In this document: one piece after another, positions 49,296 through 62,635 of the stretch
Layout of the letters: each line of letters begins with the position of its first letter
Numbering within the stretch: position 1 is the stretch's first letter
Assembly: GCF_030144855.1 (NCBI RefSeq)
Contig: NC_082733.1
Location: 31,992,001-32,056,000 of the forward strand
Source of the DNA: Hypanus sabinus
Lineage: Eukaryota
Length of the DNA: 64,000 bases
Direction: 5' to 3'
Made by a program: the position numbers and the translations under genes
The notes under the pieces: model-generated
What the model was told of the DNA's origin: nothing
What the model saw: the letters and a program-made list of their open reading frames with translations, nothing else
Databases searched by the model: none

Positions 49296-50883
49296 CTCCT
49301 GCAAGAGAGACCCTTTGTTTTCCAGAAACCGGACACTGCGGAGCACTCCCGATAGTTCCATGACATCCAACTGGAATGAATGTTACAGCACGTTAACAAA
49401 ACTAGCCCAACTAACTGACACAATATTCACAGGCTGAGCAAATGGCTCCTTATTTCCGCCACATCCAAAACTCTAGTCTACGAAGGTTAACAACACACAG
49501 CATTTGCAGAAAAGCTGCTGAAAGCGTAAACGCATAGCAGTGGATATAGTACAAAACAGGTTCTTAACTCGAGCGTTGCATAGGGTAAGAACTATTGTCA
49601 TTTAGATGATCCCCAAGACCTGCGCATTAAACCAAGACAGAATCTTATTTCCCTTAAGGTTAAAAACTGAACAGAAACACTCCTTGAGAACCTCACACAT
49701 CCTCTGTGATTCGCTACAAGGATGTCCACTTTGGTCTTTAAGGAGCCCTAATTTCTTTCCAGTTACCATTTTAAACCCTTAATACCATTATAAATCTCTT
49801 GGATTTTCCTTCATCTTCTCTGCCGCATCTATCTCATGCTCCCTATTTTTCCCTTCCTCACTCCCATCTTGAGTAGACTCCTGCAAACCCCACACTCCTT
49901 CCAGGTTTCATTTGATCCCAATTGCCTGAACCTGACCCGTGGCTCCTCATTCATTCTGAGCAGAACCTCAATACCGCACACTTAATTTTGATTTCACAAG
50001 GTTCCCCAGGGCAATCTGCATCTTTTTTTCTGTATTTAAGACACAACGCTCAGTGGCAACTTTACAGAGTACATTTGTACAACTGCTCGTATATGGAAAT
50101 CTCCAATTAGCTAATAATGTGGCAGCAACTTAATGCATAAAAGCATGGTTAAGAGGTTCAGTTGTTGTTCAGACCAAACATCAGAATGGCAAAGAAATGT
50201 GATCAAAATAACTCTAACATTGGATTGTTTGTTGGTGCCAGATGGGGTGGTTTGATAACCTCACAGACTGCTGATCTCCTAGAATTTTCACACACAAGAC
50301 TCTAGAAAATAGTGTGAAAAACAAAAAAGAACATGTCTTGTTAATATGTGAGGTTAGTGGTGAATGGCCAAACTGGTTTAAGCTGACAGGGGGAGACAAA
50401 AACTCAAATAACCATAAATTTCAAAGTGTTGTGCAGAAAGTACTTGGTGTTTTACTCATGTCCTACTTCATGGGTTGTCGTGGGAGATGATTGAATACTC
50501 CAATGTTAACAGTGGTATTATGATATGGTACCTCCTGAAACTCTTGCTTCCATTGAGAATTGATGGCATCATTATCCTTTTGCCCACCTTTGGAGCGAAG
50601 GGGATTTAGGCCATGATGGTTTGATTCATACGCTGCCTTGATAGCAAAATAGGAACTCCTGATATCACCAGAGTCAGTGAGCTGTTGTATTTCTTGGGCC
50701 CTCTCAGTTAACTACTGCTTCTTTATTTTATGTGACCGGCTTTCTCCACTGGCAGAAAATCTCCTGCCTGGGTTGTAGTGTGGCTTCCTTCCAGACAGAG
50801 GAACATTTGATATGATTTTTATAGCACTTCATTTGCAGGAGAAAGCCCAGGAACAAAGTGTTCCACTTTATTTGGCCTGCATA

Positions 50884-51901
50884 TGTCATGGTGCGATCCT
50901 TGAAGCCCCATTCCGGCTCACGCAACCTGTGTCTGGGGCCTCGCCTTGCCTCTGCCTGGAGCCTTGCCCTGTTTGGAACTGTCTGTCTGTGTCCACGCCG
51001 TTGCTAGGTAGGTCCGGCCGTTTTGCCACTACGTAGCATTGGGAACTGTCTTGTCGTGTTCAGCATTCTCTGTAATGAGTCCTGGCCCTATGTCCTGCAT
51101 ACAAGGAGGGGTCCTAGCTCAATGTTCCATGTTCCTGTCTCTCCCTCGACTCTGTGTTCTGCGATGCTGTTCTTCCTCAACCCAGGCTCTGTGTTCTGCG
51201 TTCCTGTTCTCCCTCAACCAAGGCTCTGTGTTCTGCGTTCCTGTTCCCCTTTAACCCAGGCCCTGTGTTCTGCGTTCCTGTTCTTCCTCAACCCAGGCTC
51301 TGTGTTCTGCGTTCCTGTTCTCCCTCAACCAAGGCTCTGTGTTCTGCGTTCCTGTTTTCCCTCAACCTAGGATCTGTGTTCTGCGTTCCTGTTCTCCCTC
51401 AACCCAGGCTCTATGTTCGGCATTCCTGTTCTACCGCAACCAAGGCTCTGTGTTCTGCGTTCCTGTTCTACCTAGACCAGGGCTCTGTGTTCTCATCTTG
51501 TCAAAGTGCCTTGCCCAGCCCGGTGCAGGGATTCCCTCGTCCTCTGCTGCGGTTCCCTTCTCCTGTCCAGGAGTCTAACATCCAGCCCTGTGCCTCTCCT
51601 CGTCCTGTAGCCATATCTTGACCTCATCTGGTCCTGGAGTCTGAGCACGAGTCAAAACCCAGGTTCCGGGTCCTTGTCCAGTCTCTGGCTTGGAGTCCAA
51701 ACCCAGGCTCCTAGTTCCCAGTTCCATGTCCTGGTTCTGCTATCCTCGTCAAGTCCTAGCCCAGGCCTGGAATCCTCGTCTCGTCCGGGGCCTCTGTCAT
51801 GTCCAGCGTCCTTGCTTCCTTCTCTCACCTAGCCCTGTTCCTGGTAGTTCAGTGTCTGTGTCTTGCATATGGGTCCATTCCCAATGCCCCCCTTTATGAC
51901 A
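50884..51901. mobile_element. Solo-LTR-like element, unit 3 (1018 bp), ~9 copies of the 37-bp repeat
   Basis: Same termini and site; one repeat fewer than unit 2 plus an ~18-bp deletion. Confidence 0.8.
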
Positions 51902-53639
51902 TCATAGACCTTATAAAAGCATTTGGCACTGTAAATCATCCTGCCCTTTGGCAGGTACGTTCTGTCCAAAGTCAGGTAGTCAGAGAAATACCTCAAGATC
52001 CAGCAGCTCCTACACAATGATATGAGTGAAAGATTCATCAGCATCAGCAGCTCTGAAATGGCACCGTTTAAGGTTGAGACTAGGGTCAAACAGGGTCGCA
52101 TCACCCCCCCCCACCCCCAACTCTGCTTGGCATTTTCATTGGAACCATTGTTCACCTCACAGGCCAAGACCTCCCACAAGGAGTCCAGATTCTCTATAGG
52201 ATGAGGGGGTTGTGCTCTTTATACTTAACAGGTTCGAAGCATAGAGCAAAGTGTCAACTACTTCCATCATGGAAATCCAATCTGCAGATGACAACTCCAA
52301 CACTGCTCACTCTGAGGAGGATCTGCGGTACATAATGGATGCTTTTACCAGATCATACAATCTCCTGGGACTTGAGCTAACATCAAGACAAAACACAAGT
52401 CCTGCACCAAGACCCACAAGTGACCAGATATACCAGCATGAGAAGAATCATACTCGACTATGAGCGATCGATGATGATGTGCAGAAGAGCATCTCTGAAT
52501 ACATAACACATTGAACCTTGAAGTGGATGGCTACAGCAGCAGATTAGAATGAACATGCACTCAGTGGGCACTTCACTAGGTACAGGAGGTCATTAACCAA
52601 CTAGCTATTACGTGCATAAAAACCAATTATAAGTGTATTGTACTCAAGCAAAAAACAATGCAATTATTAAGAAATCGATCAGGTGTCACACAGATAAAAG
52701 CTCCAGTCTGAACACATTTTAAGGCATCACAGTTTGGAGTGAATACAACAACCTTTAAGGGGTGATAGGATAAAATATGAGGAGAATTTGCATTGTCTAG
52801 GCTTGTAATCAATTGAATCTTGATATTGCAATGGAGTAGAGATACAACATTAATACAAGTGTAGGGGGGAGTTCAGGTGCACGCACTTTGCATGTCACAA
52901 ACTCAGGGCATTTGGAACTCTCTCCACAAAAGTTGCTTGGAATGTTACTTGATTGATGAGGATTGATAGAATTTTGAGCAAGTATGTAAAGGTTAATATA
53001 TCCAAAACATTGATGGTATCTGAATGAAACAACAGGCTTGAGGGACTGTGTGGCTCATTCCTTGTGAATCCTAAGGATATTGCTGCCCATATATGTGCAG
53101 ATGATATATGTATATACATTTCTGAAAGATGAAATCTAATAGTTGGGTATGTTACTCGTGATTCATACAAACAGCACCAAAGATACCCTTGACATTGAAA
53201 GTTGACCTATGCTGCATCAGCAAATATATTTTGGACCAAGCTACCACTAGAATAGAATAGAATTAATTTGCCAGGCACTAAAATCAGAAAAGTTTCAAAG
53301 GAATATATATTTATTTATATAGAATATAAATATAAATCAATTAATTATGTAGTAACTATTTAAATTTTTTTAAGTACATTTTTATACATAATCAGTGACA
53401 TTACATGGAATATGGCAAAGGAATATTACTTTATTAACAGAACTAAAATAGTTGTAACTATTTTAAAAACAAAAGTAATGTTTGTACATCATCAGTGGCA
53501 TAACATGGGTGTCACAGCAGTGTAATGGAACCTGATGCTTAGACGTCGAAGAAACATTCCAACATGTGATGTAAGAAGTGACTGCACATCACATGATCAA
53601 CCAATCTGAGAAATATAGCAATTCCTGTTTAGCAACACA

Positions 53640-56600
53640 ATAGACAATAGGTGCGGAAGTAGACCATTCGGCCCTTCGAGCCTGCACCGCCATTCTGAGA
53701 TCATGGCTGATCATCTACTATCAATACCCGGTTCCTGCCTTGTCCCCATATCCCTTCATTCCCCTATCCATAAGATACCTATCTAGCTCCTTCTTGAAAG
53801 CATCCAGAGAATTGGCCTCCACTGCCTTCGGAGGCAGTGCATTCCAGACCCCCACAACTCTCTGGGAGAAGAAGTTTTTCCTTAACTCTGTCCTAAATGA
53901 ACTACCCCTTATTCTCAAACCATGCCCTCTGGTACTGGACTCTCCCAGCATCTGGAACATATTTCCTGCCTCTGTCTTGTCCAATCCCTTAATAATCTTA
54001 TATGTTGCAATCAGATCCCCTCTCAATCTCCTTAATTCCAGCGTGTACAAGCCCAGTCTCTCTAACCTCTCTGCGTAAGACAGTCCGGACATCGCAGTAA
54101 TTAACCTTGTGAATCTACGCTGCACTTCCTCTATAGCCAGGATGTCCTTCCTTAACCCTGGAGAACAAAACTGTACAAAATACTCCAGGTGTGGTCTCAC
54201 CAGGGCCCTGTACAAATGCAAAAGGATTTCCCTGCTCTTGTACTCAATTCCCTTTGTAATAAAGGCCAACATTCCAAAAGCCTTCTTCACTGCCTGCTGC
54301 ACTTGCTCATTCACCTTCAGTGACTGATGAACAAGGACTCCTAGATCTCTTTGTATTTCTCCCTTACCTAACTCTACACCATTCAGATAATAATCTGCCT
54401 TTCTTTTCTTACTCCCAAAGTGCATAACCTCACACTTATTCACATTAAATGTCATCTGCCATGTATCTGCCCACTCACTCAGCCTATCCAAGTCACCCTG
54501 AATTCTCCTAACATCCTCATCACACGTCACACTGCCACCCAGCTTAGTATCATCAGCAAACTTGCTGATGTTATTCTCAATTCCTTCATTTAAATCGTTG
54601 ATGTAAATGGTAAGCAGCTGTGGTCCCAATACCGAGCCCTGTGGCACCCCACTAGTCACCGCCTGCCATTCCGAGAAACACCCATTCACCGTTGCGCTTT
54701 CCTTTCTATCTGCCAACCAGTTTTCTATCCGTGTCAATATCTTCCCCCCAATGCCATGAGCTCTGATTTTACCCACCAATCTCCTACGTGGGACCTTATC
54801 AAATGCCTTCTGAAAATTGAGGTACACTATATCCACTGGATCTCCCTTGTCTAACTTCCTGGTTACATCCTTGAAAAACTCCAATAGATTAGTCAAGCAT
54901 GATTTGCCCTTGGTAAATCCATGCTGGCTCGGCCCAATCCTATCACTGCTATCTAGATATGCCACTATTTCATCTTTAATAATGGACTCTAGCATCTTCC
55001 CCACTACTGATGTTAGGCTGACAGGATGATAGTTCTCTGTCTTCTCCCTCCCTCCTTTCTTAAAAAGTGGGATGACATTAGCCATTCTCCAATCCTCAGG
55101 AACTGATCCTGAATCCCAATGTATCCGCAATTTCCAGAGCCACCTCCTTTAGTACCCTAGGACGCAGACCATCTAGACCTGGGGTTTGTCAGCCTTCAGT
55201 CCCATCAGTCTACTCATCACCATTTCCCTCCTAATGTCAATCTCTTTCATTTGCTCTGTTACCCTATGTCCTTAGCCCATCCATACATCTGGGAGATTGC
55301 TTGTGTCTTCCCTAGTGAAGACAGAGCTAAAGTACTTATTAAATTCTTCTACCATTTCTCTGTTTTCCATAACAATTTCACCCAATTCATTCTTCAAGGG
55401 CCCAACATTGTTCTTAACTATCTTTTTTCTCTTCACATACCTAAAAAAGCTTTTGCTATCCTCCTTTATATTCCTGGCTAGCTTGCGTTTGTACCACATT
55501 TTTTCTCCCCATATTGCCTTTTTAGTTAAGTTCTGTTGTTCCTTAAAAATTTTCCAATCATCTGTCCTCCAACTCACCTTAGCTCTGTCATACTTCCTTT
55601 TTTTTTATGCTATGCAATCTCTGATTTCCTTTGTCAACCACTGTGGCCCCTTTCCCCCCTTTGAATCCTTCCTTCTCTGGGGGATGAACTGATTTTGCAC
55701 CTTTTGCATTATTCCCAAGAATACCTGCCATTGTTGTTCCACTGTCTTTTCTGCTAGGATATCCGTCCAGTTAATTTTGGCCAGCTCCTCCCTCATGACT
55801 CCATAGTCTCCTTTGTTCAACTGCAACACTGACACCTCCGATCCGCCCTTATCCTTCTCAAATAGCAGATAAAAACTTATCATATTATGGTCACTACCTC
55901 CTAATGGCTCCTTTACTTCAAGATCACTAATCAAATCCTGTTCATTTCACAAGACTAAATCCAGAATAGCCCTGTCCCTGGTCGGCTCTCGTACAAGCTG
56001 TTCCAAGAATGCATCCCGTAGGCACTCTACAAACTCCCAATCCTGGGGTCCAGCACCAACCTGATTCTCCCAGTTCACCTGCAAGTTGAAATCCCCCATA
56101 ACTACTGGACATTACCTTTGCCACATGCCAATGTTAACTCCCTATTCAACTTGCACCCAATATCCATGCTACTGTTTGGTGGCCTGTAGACAACACCCAT
56201 TAGGGTCCTTTTGCCCTTACTGTTCCTCAGTTCTGTCCACACAGACTCCACTTCTCTTGGTTCTATGTCCCCCCCCCCCCAAAAAGGACTGAATCTCTTT
56301 CCTCACCAACAGGGCCACCCCACCCCCTCTGTCCACATTTTTGTCCCTACAATAGCACGTATACACTTGTACATTCATTTCCCAGGTCTGATCTCCCTGC
56401 AGCCATGACTCCATTATCCCAACAACATCATAGTTACCCATTCGCACCTGAGCTTCAAACTCATCCGCCTTATTTCTGACACTTCGTGCATTCAGATATA
56501 GAATTCTTAGCCTATTTCTCCTCTGTCTGTTTGAATCGCTGCCTATTGTGCTTAACCCAGCTCCCCGAACTCCCATCGGGCTACACGCTCCTTGAATTTT

Positions 56601-57650
56601 GTTGTCCTTCCTAAATTTACTTATTATTTCTGCACATTTAACTCCATGTTCCGTCAGACCATCCCTCTGTACATGTGTCCTCCTCATCACTTGTTCCGCC
56701 TCACCTTTCTCTACTACACACTTAATATTCCGGAACCATGTAGTCCTCACCTGTCCTTTATTCTTCATCTCGCTATCCTCTCTCGCATTCTGGATCCCTG
56801 CCCCCGCAATTCTAGTTTACACACCCCCCGCCCCCCAAGAAGCACCACCAAACTTCCCTGCAAGAATGTTAGTACCGCTCAAGTTCAAGTGTAAACCGTC
56901 CCGTCGGAACAGATCCCACCTTCCCTGGAACAAAGCCCAAATATCTAAAAACCTGAAGCCCTCCCTCCTGCACCATCCTCTCAGCCACATATTAATCTGT
57001 ATAATCCTTCTGTTCCTTGCCTCACTCGCACATGACACAGTTGGCAATCCTGAGATTGTTACCCTGGAGGTCCTGCCCTTCAACTTTGCACCTAACACCC
57101 TGAACTCACTACGCAGGGCCCCTTCACTCATCTTACCCACGTCGTTGGTCCCTACATGGACCAAAACATCTGGGGTCTTGCCCTCCCTCTCGAGAATAAC
57201 CTGCACCCGATCTGAGTTGTCCCGGACCCCGGCACCAGGGAGGCAACATACAATCGGAGACTCCCGATCTTCTCCACAAAATCTCCTATCTACCCCGCTG
57301 ACTACAGAATCCCCTATCACTACCGCTCTCTTCTCTTCCCTCCTCCCCTTCCCAGTCAAGGGTCCAACCTCAGTATCAGAGACAGGACCACTGCAACTTG
57401 TTCAATGTAGGTCATCCCCACCAACAGTATCCAAAACAGTATACTTATTCTTAATGGGAACTGCCACACGGGTGCTCTGCTCTCTCTGTCTGCTTCACCT
57501 GCCTCTCATGACTGTCACCCATTTGCCTATCTCCTGTCTTTTTGGTGTGACTACCTGCTGATAACTCTTATCTATCTCTGCCTCTACCTCCTGAATGATC
57601 CGTAGTTCATCCAGCTCCTGCTCCAATTCCCTAACTCGGTCTGATAGGAT
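53640..57650 (-). mobile_element. CR1 LINE (unit 3); RT-to-C-terminus frame still open for 469 codons
   Basis: ORF 53721-55130 with GVPQGSVLGP and FADD; upstream ORF2 is frameshifted; same endpoints as the other units. Confidence 0.95.
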
Positions 57651-58705
57651 AACACACATAAAATACTGGAGGAACTCAGCAGGTCAGGCAGCATCAATGG
57701 AAATGAATAAACAGTCAAAAAGGATCAACAGTGCTGATGAAGGGCCTCACCTCAAAATGGTGTAATGTTCTTTTGTTAGTATCGAGGCTGTCTGACCTGC
57801 TGAGTTCTGCCAGCATTTGTGAATATTACTCTGGAATTCCAGCTGAATCTCTTGTGCTTATGAAATTGTACTCAGCTCCAACATTGTATATTTCTATCTG
57901 TAATTAATTCTCCTTTATCAGAGCTTCAGTCAGATACTTGCATAATAATGCCCAGGGTTATTGACCAGAAAGTGTAGTTGGAAGATACTTCATTTAGTTA
58001 TGTGATGAAAAAAACTCCATTACTCATTCATCAGCTTCAGATAGACAAACCAGTGGGGAGGAATAGGTAAAGAAGAGAGTCACAAAGAGAAAGTGTAGAG
58101 AGCGTGAGATTGGGGGGGTGGGGGTAGGGAAAGATGTGCCTCCTGTGTAAATGGTGAAGTTACCAAAAATGATGTGCTGAGCGGAGTGATTCCAGGTGCA
58201 TATGCATTTGATGAGGAAATATTGCAAACTAGCTCAAACAACCAAAGAGGGACATTTTTGCCTGTTAAATCATGGCCTACAACAATGGTGACGAAGACCT
58301 GGAATGGGCAGCTATGACGAATTGTAAAGGGACAGCAATGTGACCTCTTACCATTTGTCAATTGGTGGAGACATGACAGAATAGTTTGGAGAGTAGTCTT
58401 TCAGGCACAGAATTCCATGTTTTTTATGGTAGTATATGAATTACAAGTTAGTATATCACATTTTAAATAATCATACATAAACATGAGCTTTCCTGTTTGA
58501 TTTGATTTAGATATTTGTATTTTGTTCCTGTTCATATCTTTGTACAAAAGATTTAAATCCACTGATATATTTCACTAATTTTTAAGAGGTTTGCTACATT
58601 TACAATATCTGAAAAGTAGGCTTCATGTATTGAAAACAAGAAAATCCTATTTCATTAAGTGGAAAAAATTTAAAACACCATCTTCCAACACAAATGAGAG
58701 AAACC

Positions 58706-60307
58706 TTATTCATTCTTTTGCTTTTTCTTCTGTGCAATGTGACAAAGTCTCTTCAGCGCTACAACCACCAGCACTATTGCCATGAGTAACATGGACAACA
58801 GTAAGACCATCACATCCACACAATAGTAAACATACCAGGGCAGTCGGTAGGATTCAGAACGCAAATGTCCTGCTCCTTTGTGTCGGGCAACGTACTCAAT
58901 CCAGAAAACGGCTCGCTCCATTGGCGACTGTGGTTGGTCCCGGTGGAGGGTAGAGAGTTTCTTCATGTTGTCCCGGTAAAATGTGCCATTTATCACCTCA
59001 TGAAGTGCCTGCAATAGATTTGTGGAGTGCATGGTTGCAACATTAAGCACCTTTGCTGCACCTCGGGATTCAAGTCGAAGTAAATTGTCAAACTGATCAA
59101 AAATTAGAGGCATGCCAATCACTGGCACCCCGTGGTAGATGGCCTCGTAAATACCATTGGTACCACCGTGCGAAATGAAGACTCGTGTGTTGGGGTGTCC
59201 CAGAAGGTCGTTCTGAGGGATCCATTTTCTCAGTAGTGTATTATTACCTACATTGGGAGGGATTTCTCCATCATATCTCCAAATCACCTTCTGGGGTACT
59301 TGAGCAAATGCCTCAGCTATTTCCATTGTAATCTGCTTTGGCAAGGAATTGATAACAGATCCTAATGACATCACTATAAGTCCATGCTTTCCTGAGCTTT
59401 GAACAAACTCTTCAAACTCTGCCGCTAGTGGTTGGGCTGGTTTACACTGGAAGCCTCCAATGTAGACAATATTTGGCATGGTGGGTCTTGGGAATTCAAG
59501 TAAAAAATCTACTCTCATCAGCCACACATCAGCCCTCAGCAGAATTGTCTTGATATCTGTGTCTGGACTCAAATATCGATGACAGAGCTCATTGTATTTG
59601 GGATAAATGGTAAGTTCTACAATGGATTGAAAGATTAGATGTTGGATGAAGTTTTGTGTTCTTTGAAGAAAGGACATTTTGTCTGTTAGGTTTGAGCCTA
59701 AGATTGGGACATAAGAAAGGGGGGATGGGACAAACAAGAAGTGAGCCTCACCAGATTCTAACCATCGAACATTATACACCAAAGGAAGTTTTAAATAATA
59801 AGCAAGCATTGATCCAGTAACAAAAAAAGGGTCTGAAAGCACCAGGTCAAAGTTTGCCTTTTCAAGTTGGCTTAGTAATGTTTTGTTTTGAAATATTTCA
59901 CTTATAATAAAATGGAAAACATTCTGACAGTTCCGCATAAACTGTAGAACTTCAGACTGGAACTCAATATTGTCACTGAAGCTCCAGCCATCCTTCCCAA
60001 GCTGAAGTGCTTTTTGAAGAATAAGACCAACTATATCCTTTACTTCAATGTTTTTCATTGGAATTACGATAGATTGATATAGGTTGGGCCTTTCTTTGAT
60101 GTACCAACTTTTCTCAATATAAATCACCGTGAAGTTGTGTCCACGAGGTTTCAGTTTCTCCAAGAGAATTCTCATGTTGATCCAATGACTTCCATCGACA
60201 GGTACAACTAATACATTAGCTGACTGATTGATGGGACAAAGCAAGCTGATGATAATACCAAAGAGAAATGGGACAAGTGCTCGGCTTTTCCATCCAGAAC
60301 CTTCCAT
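58706..60307 (-). CDS. UDP-glucuronosyltransferase, single coding exon, UGT5-like (copy C3, 533 aa)
   Basis: Intact ORF with all UGT motifs; ATG at 60307; acceptor AG at 60329-60330. Confidence 0.95.
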   Translation of the reverse strand: MEGSGWKSRALVPFLFGIIISLLCPINQSANVLVVPVDGSHWINMRILLEKLKPRGHNFTVIYIEKSWYIKERPNLYQSIVIPMKNIEVKDIVGLILQKALQLGKDGWSFSDNIEFQSEVLQFMRNCQNVFHFIISEIFQNKTLLSQLEKANFDLVLSDPFFVTGSMLAYYLKLPLVYNVRWLESGEAHFLFVPSPLSYVPILGSNLTDKMSFLQRTQNFIQHLIFQSIVELTIYPKYNELCHRYLSPDTDIKTILLRADVWLMRVDFLLEFPRPTMPNIVYIGGFQCKPAQPLAAEFEEFVQSSGKHGLIVMSLGSVINSLPKQITMEIAEAFAQVPQKVIWRYDGEIPPNVGNNTLLRKWIPQNDLLGHPNTRVFISHGGTNGIYEAIYHGVPVIGMPLIFDQFDNLLRLESRGAAKVLNVATMHSTNLLQALHEVINGTFYRDNMKKLSTLHRDQPQSPMERAVFWIEYVARHKGAGHLRSESYRLPWYVYYCVDVMVLLLSMLLMAIVLVVVALKRLCHIAQKKKQKNE

Positions 60308-62227
60308 ATTAAGACGAATATCCAAAACCTGCTCGAGAATGGAAAAGAAATACTGTTAACAAGACATCAATTTGTTATTCAATTAAATGTGCTAGGTTTT
60401 CTAAAATTGACTCCTTCTACCTTAGGCCACGAACTTATCAATCACACCTCGTATGTTACATTCAACAATAGCTTATCAAATATTAGCCCAAAACTGATCA
60501 GTAAATGTTGCACTTCCATTTTGAACTTATGGTTCTTTTGGGAGCCAGCATGGATTCTATGGCGCTCTTCTGACCAATACCCCAACTTCTCTTCCCAAGT
60601 CCATGGACAGAGAAGTCCTTAAGTTTCTCCCACAATCTCTTATTCCATCTATGAAGGAGAAGCTTGCTTGGGCACATTCAGCTAGTGCTGAGGAATCTGC
60701 CTGTTGAGTCTATGCCAACATAAACCTGGAATGGAAGATCAACTTTGTGCTTTACAATGGAGGAGAATGGCTCCAGAAGAAATTAGTTTACATTTTATCA
60801 TACACTTAATTTGAAATGTTTAAATGTTTTACATATTTCTTCATGATTGCTTCTGTAAGGTAATCCAAAGTCTTAACACGCATGAATTTGATGTGGATAA
60901 ATCTCCCTGCCTCCGAGTCTTAATTGCCTTTTACATATTTTAGTGGCATTTTACAACATGGTCAGTTTATTTTTTTTTATTTGGGAGATACAGTTCAATA
61001 TAGAGTAGGTCCTGAGCAGCACCACCGACAAACTTCAATTTAAATCTAGATTAATCACAGGACAATTTACAATAACCAATTAATCTATTAAACAGCATGT
61101 CTTTGGAATGTAGGGGGAAACCAGAGGATATGGAGGAATCGCAATCGTTCTATGGGGGTGGGGGTGGTGGTTGGGTAGGTCCAAATTCCTTAGAGAGGAC
61201 ACTGAGAGTGATCTCCTACCTCCAATGCCCTGGGCTGCAATAGTGTTGTTCTAACTGCAATGCCACTCATTATCCACCCGCACTTTGTTGGGAGGTGGGA
61301 AGCAATTGACACACCCAGAGCTCCACACTATGGTCAAAGGGGGAATGCTTATACTACACAGAAAACATACCCTCCCCCGTTACATTTGCTGTTGCAGTTT
61401 CCTCAGAGATCTGTGGTAGTTTGTTGTCCAATGTAAATTTCCCTGGCGATGGACAAGTGGGATGGAGGGTTTGGAAGACAAAATGTATGACAGAACATTG
61501 GGGAAATAAGGAAAGGAGAAAATGGGACCAATGTGGTTTTCTTTTGGGAGCCAGTGTGGACTCTGTGGGTCAAGCAACCTGACCAAAAGCCGACAGTAAC
61601 TCAGATAACCTCACACCACAACGGTACTTAATAAAGTTGCCACTGAGAGTCTGTTTACTCTTAGATTCCAGTTAATTACACGTGATCTGGTAAACTGTAC
61701 CTTTGCTGTACATTTGGAGACACTGACACTGGCCAAATCTTTTGGATTTATGTTCATCCAAGCTTCCTGCTTTTTGTCATCTGACTGGTGCAAGAATCTG
61801 TTACTTTGTCAAAACATCTTTACACCAGTAGGTAATTGTGAGTTTTAATTTACTGGTGTTTCAACTCTCCCAACACTCTCTGAATCCCGGAGAAGGAAAC
61901 TAAATTCGATCCGTGTCTACATCTTTTACAACTTTGGATTCTGTAAACGGAACAGCGCCGCTCACCGGGACAATTAATATTCATCTCAAACATTATTTTC
62001 AGTTTTTAACAGCTATAACAACTTAATCCCCACGCTATTAAGCGAAGGAGAGGATAAGAGGGAGTCGAATATTCATCGGTGAACCAGCCTTTCCCCCGAT
62101 GCTGCTTCTAAGTATGTTCACTTTGCGAGAACTAGGCACACAGCTTCAGACCAGATTATAAATTGTGTCTGTAAGATTACTGTACTTTAAAGTTTCTGTA
62201 CTTTTTGTCAATTAAATGTAACTTTTC

Positions 62228-62635
62228 ACTTACTTTTTAAGCCGATATTGAGCGTCCGAGGAAGTCTGGTCCTGGAGATAGCGATCAGGCAGGACGCAGC
62301 GAAGTTCAAGAATTTTCACACGGACCGGATTTTACAAAATCACCAGAAACCGAGTGTAAAGATATCTAAACTGCCTCGTCGTGGTTTATATCGGTTAGGG
62401 CTACCTGAATCACAGGGCGTGTATTCGTGCCAAGTAGGCGATGCCGATCACTAATTGTTCTCGGAAAGTTGTTAGCACACACCTCCTTCAACAGCCGTAG
62501 TCCATGCCAATCATTTCAGAGGGTAAAAAGCGATTTCCTGTGTCTTTGGAGAGGCTCATGATTCCTTCATCCAGAACCTGGAAACCAGCGGGTATCTCTC
62601 GCTCATACCCTCTTCCCTTGTGATCCGCCCCGCAC
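62228..62635 (-). promoter_or_regulatory. Candidate promoter, exon 1 and donor of C3
   Basis: GTAAGT at 62228-62233, TATAAA at 62385-62390; CCAAT and GC box conserved. Confidence 0.5.

Noticed and set aside
52251-52463. Small ORFs conserved across units (for example MSTTSIMEIQSADD)
   Set aside because: Conservation reflects recent duplication; this one is a decayed RTE RT motif (YADD>SADD).
53721-55130. 469-aa RT ORF as an active or domesticated gene
   Set aside because: It has a non-ATG start created by a shared deletion, is separated from the endonuclease by frameshifts, and is broken in the other two units.
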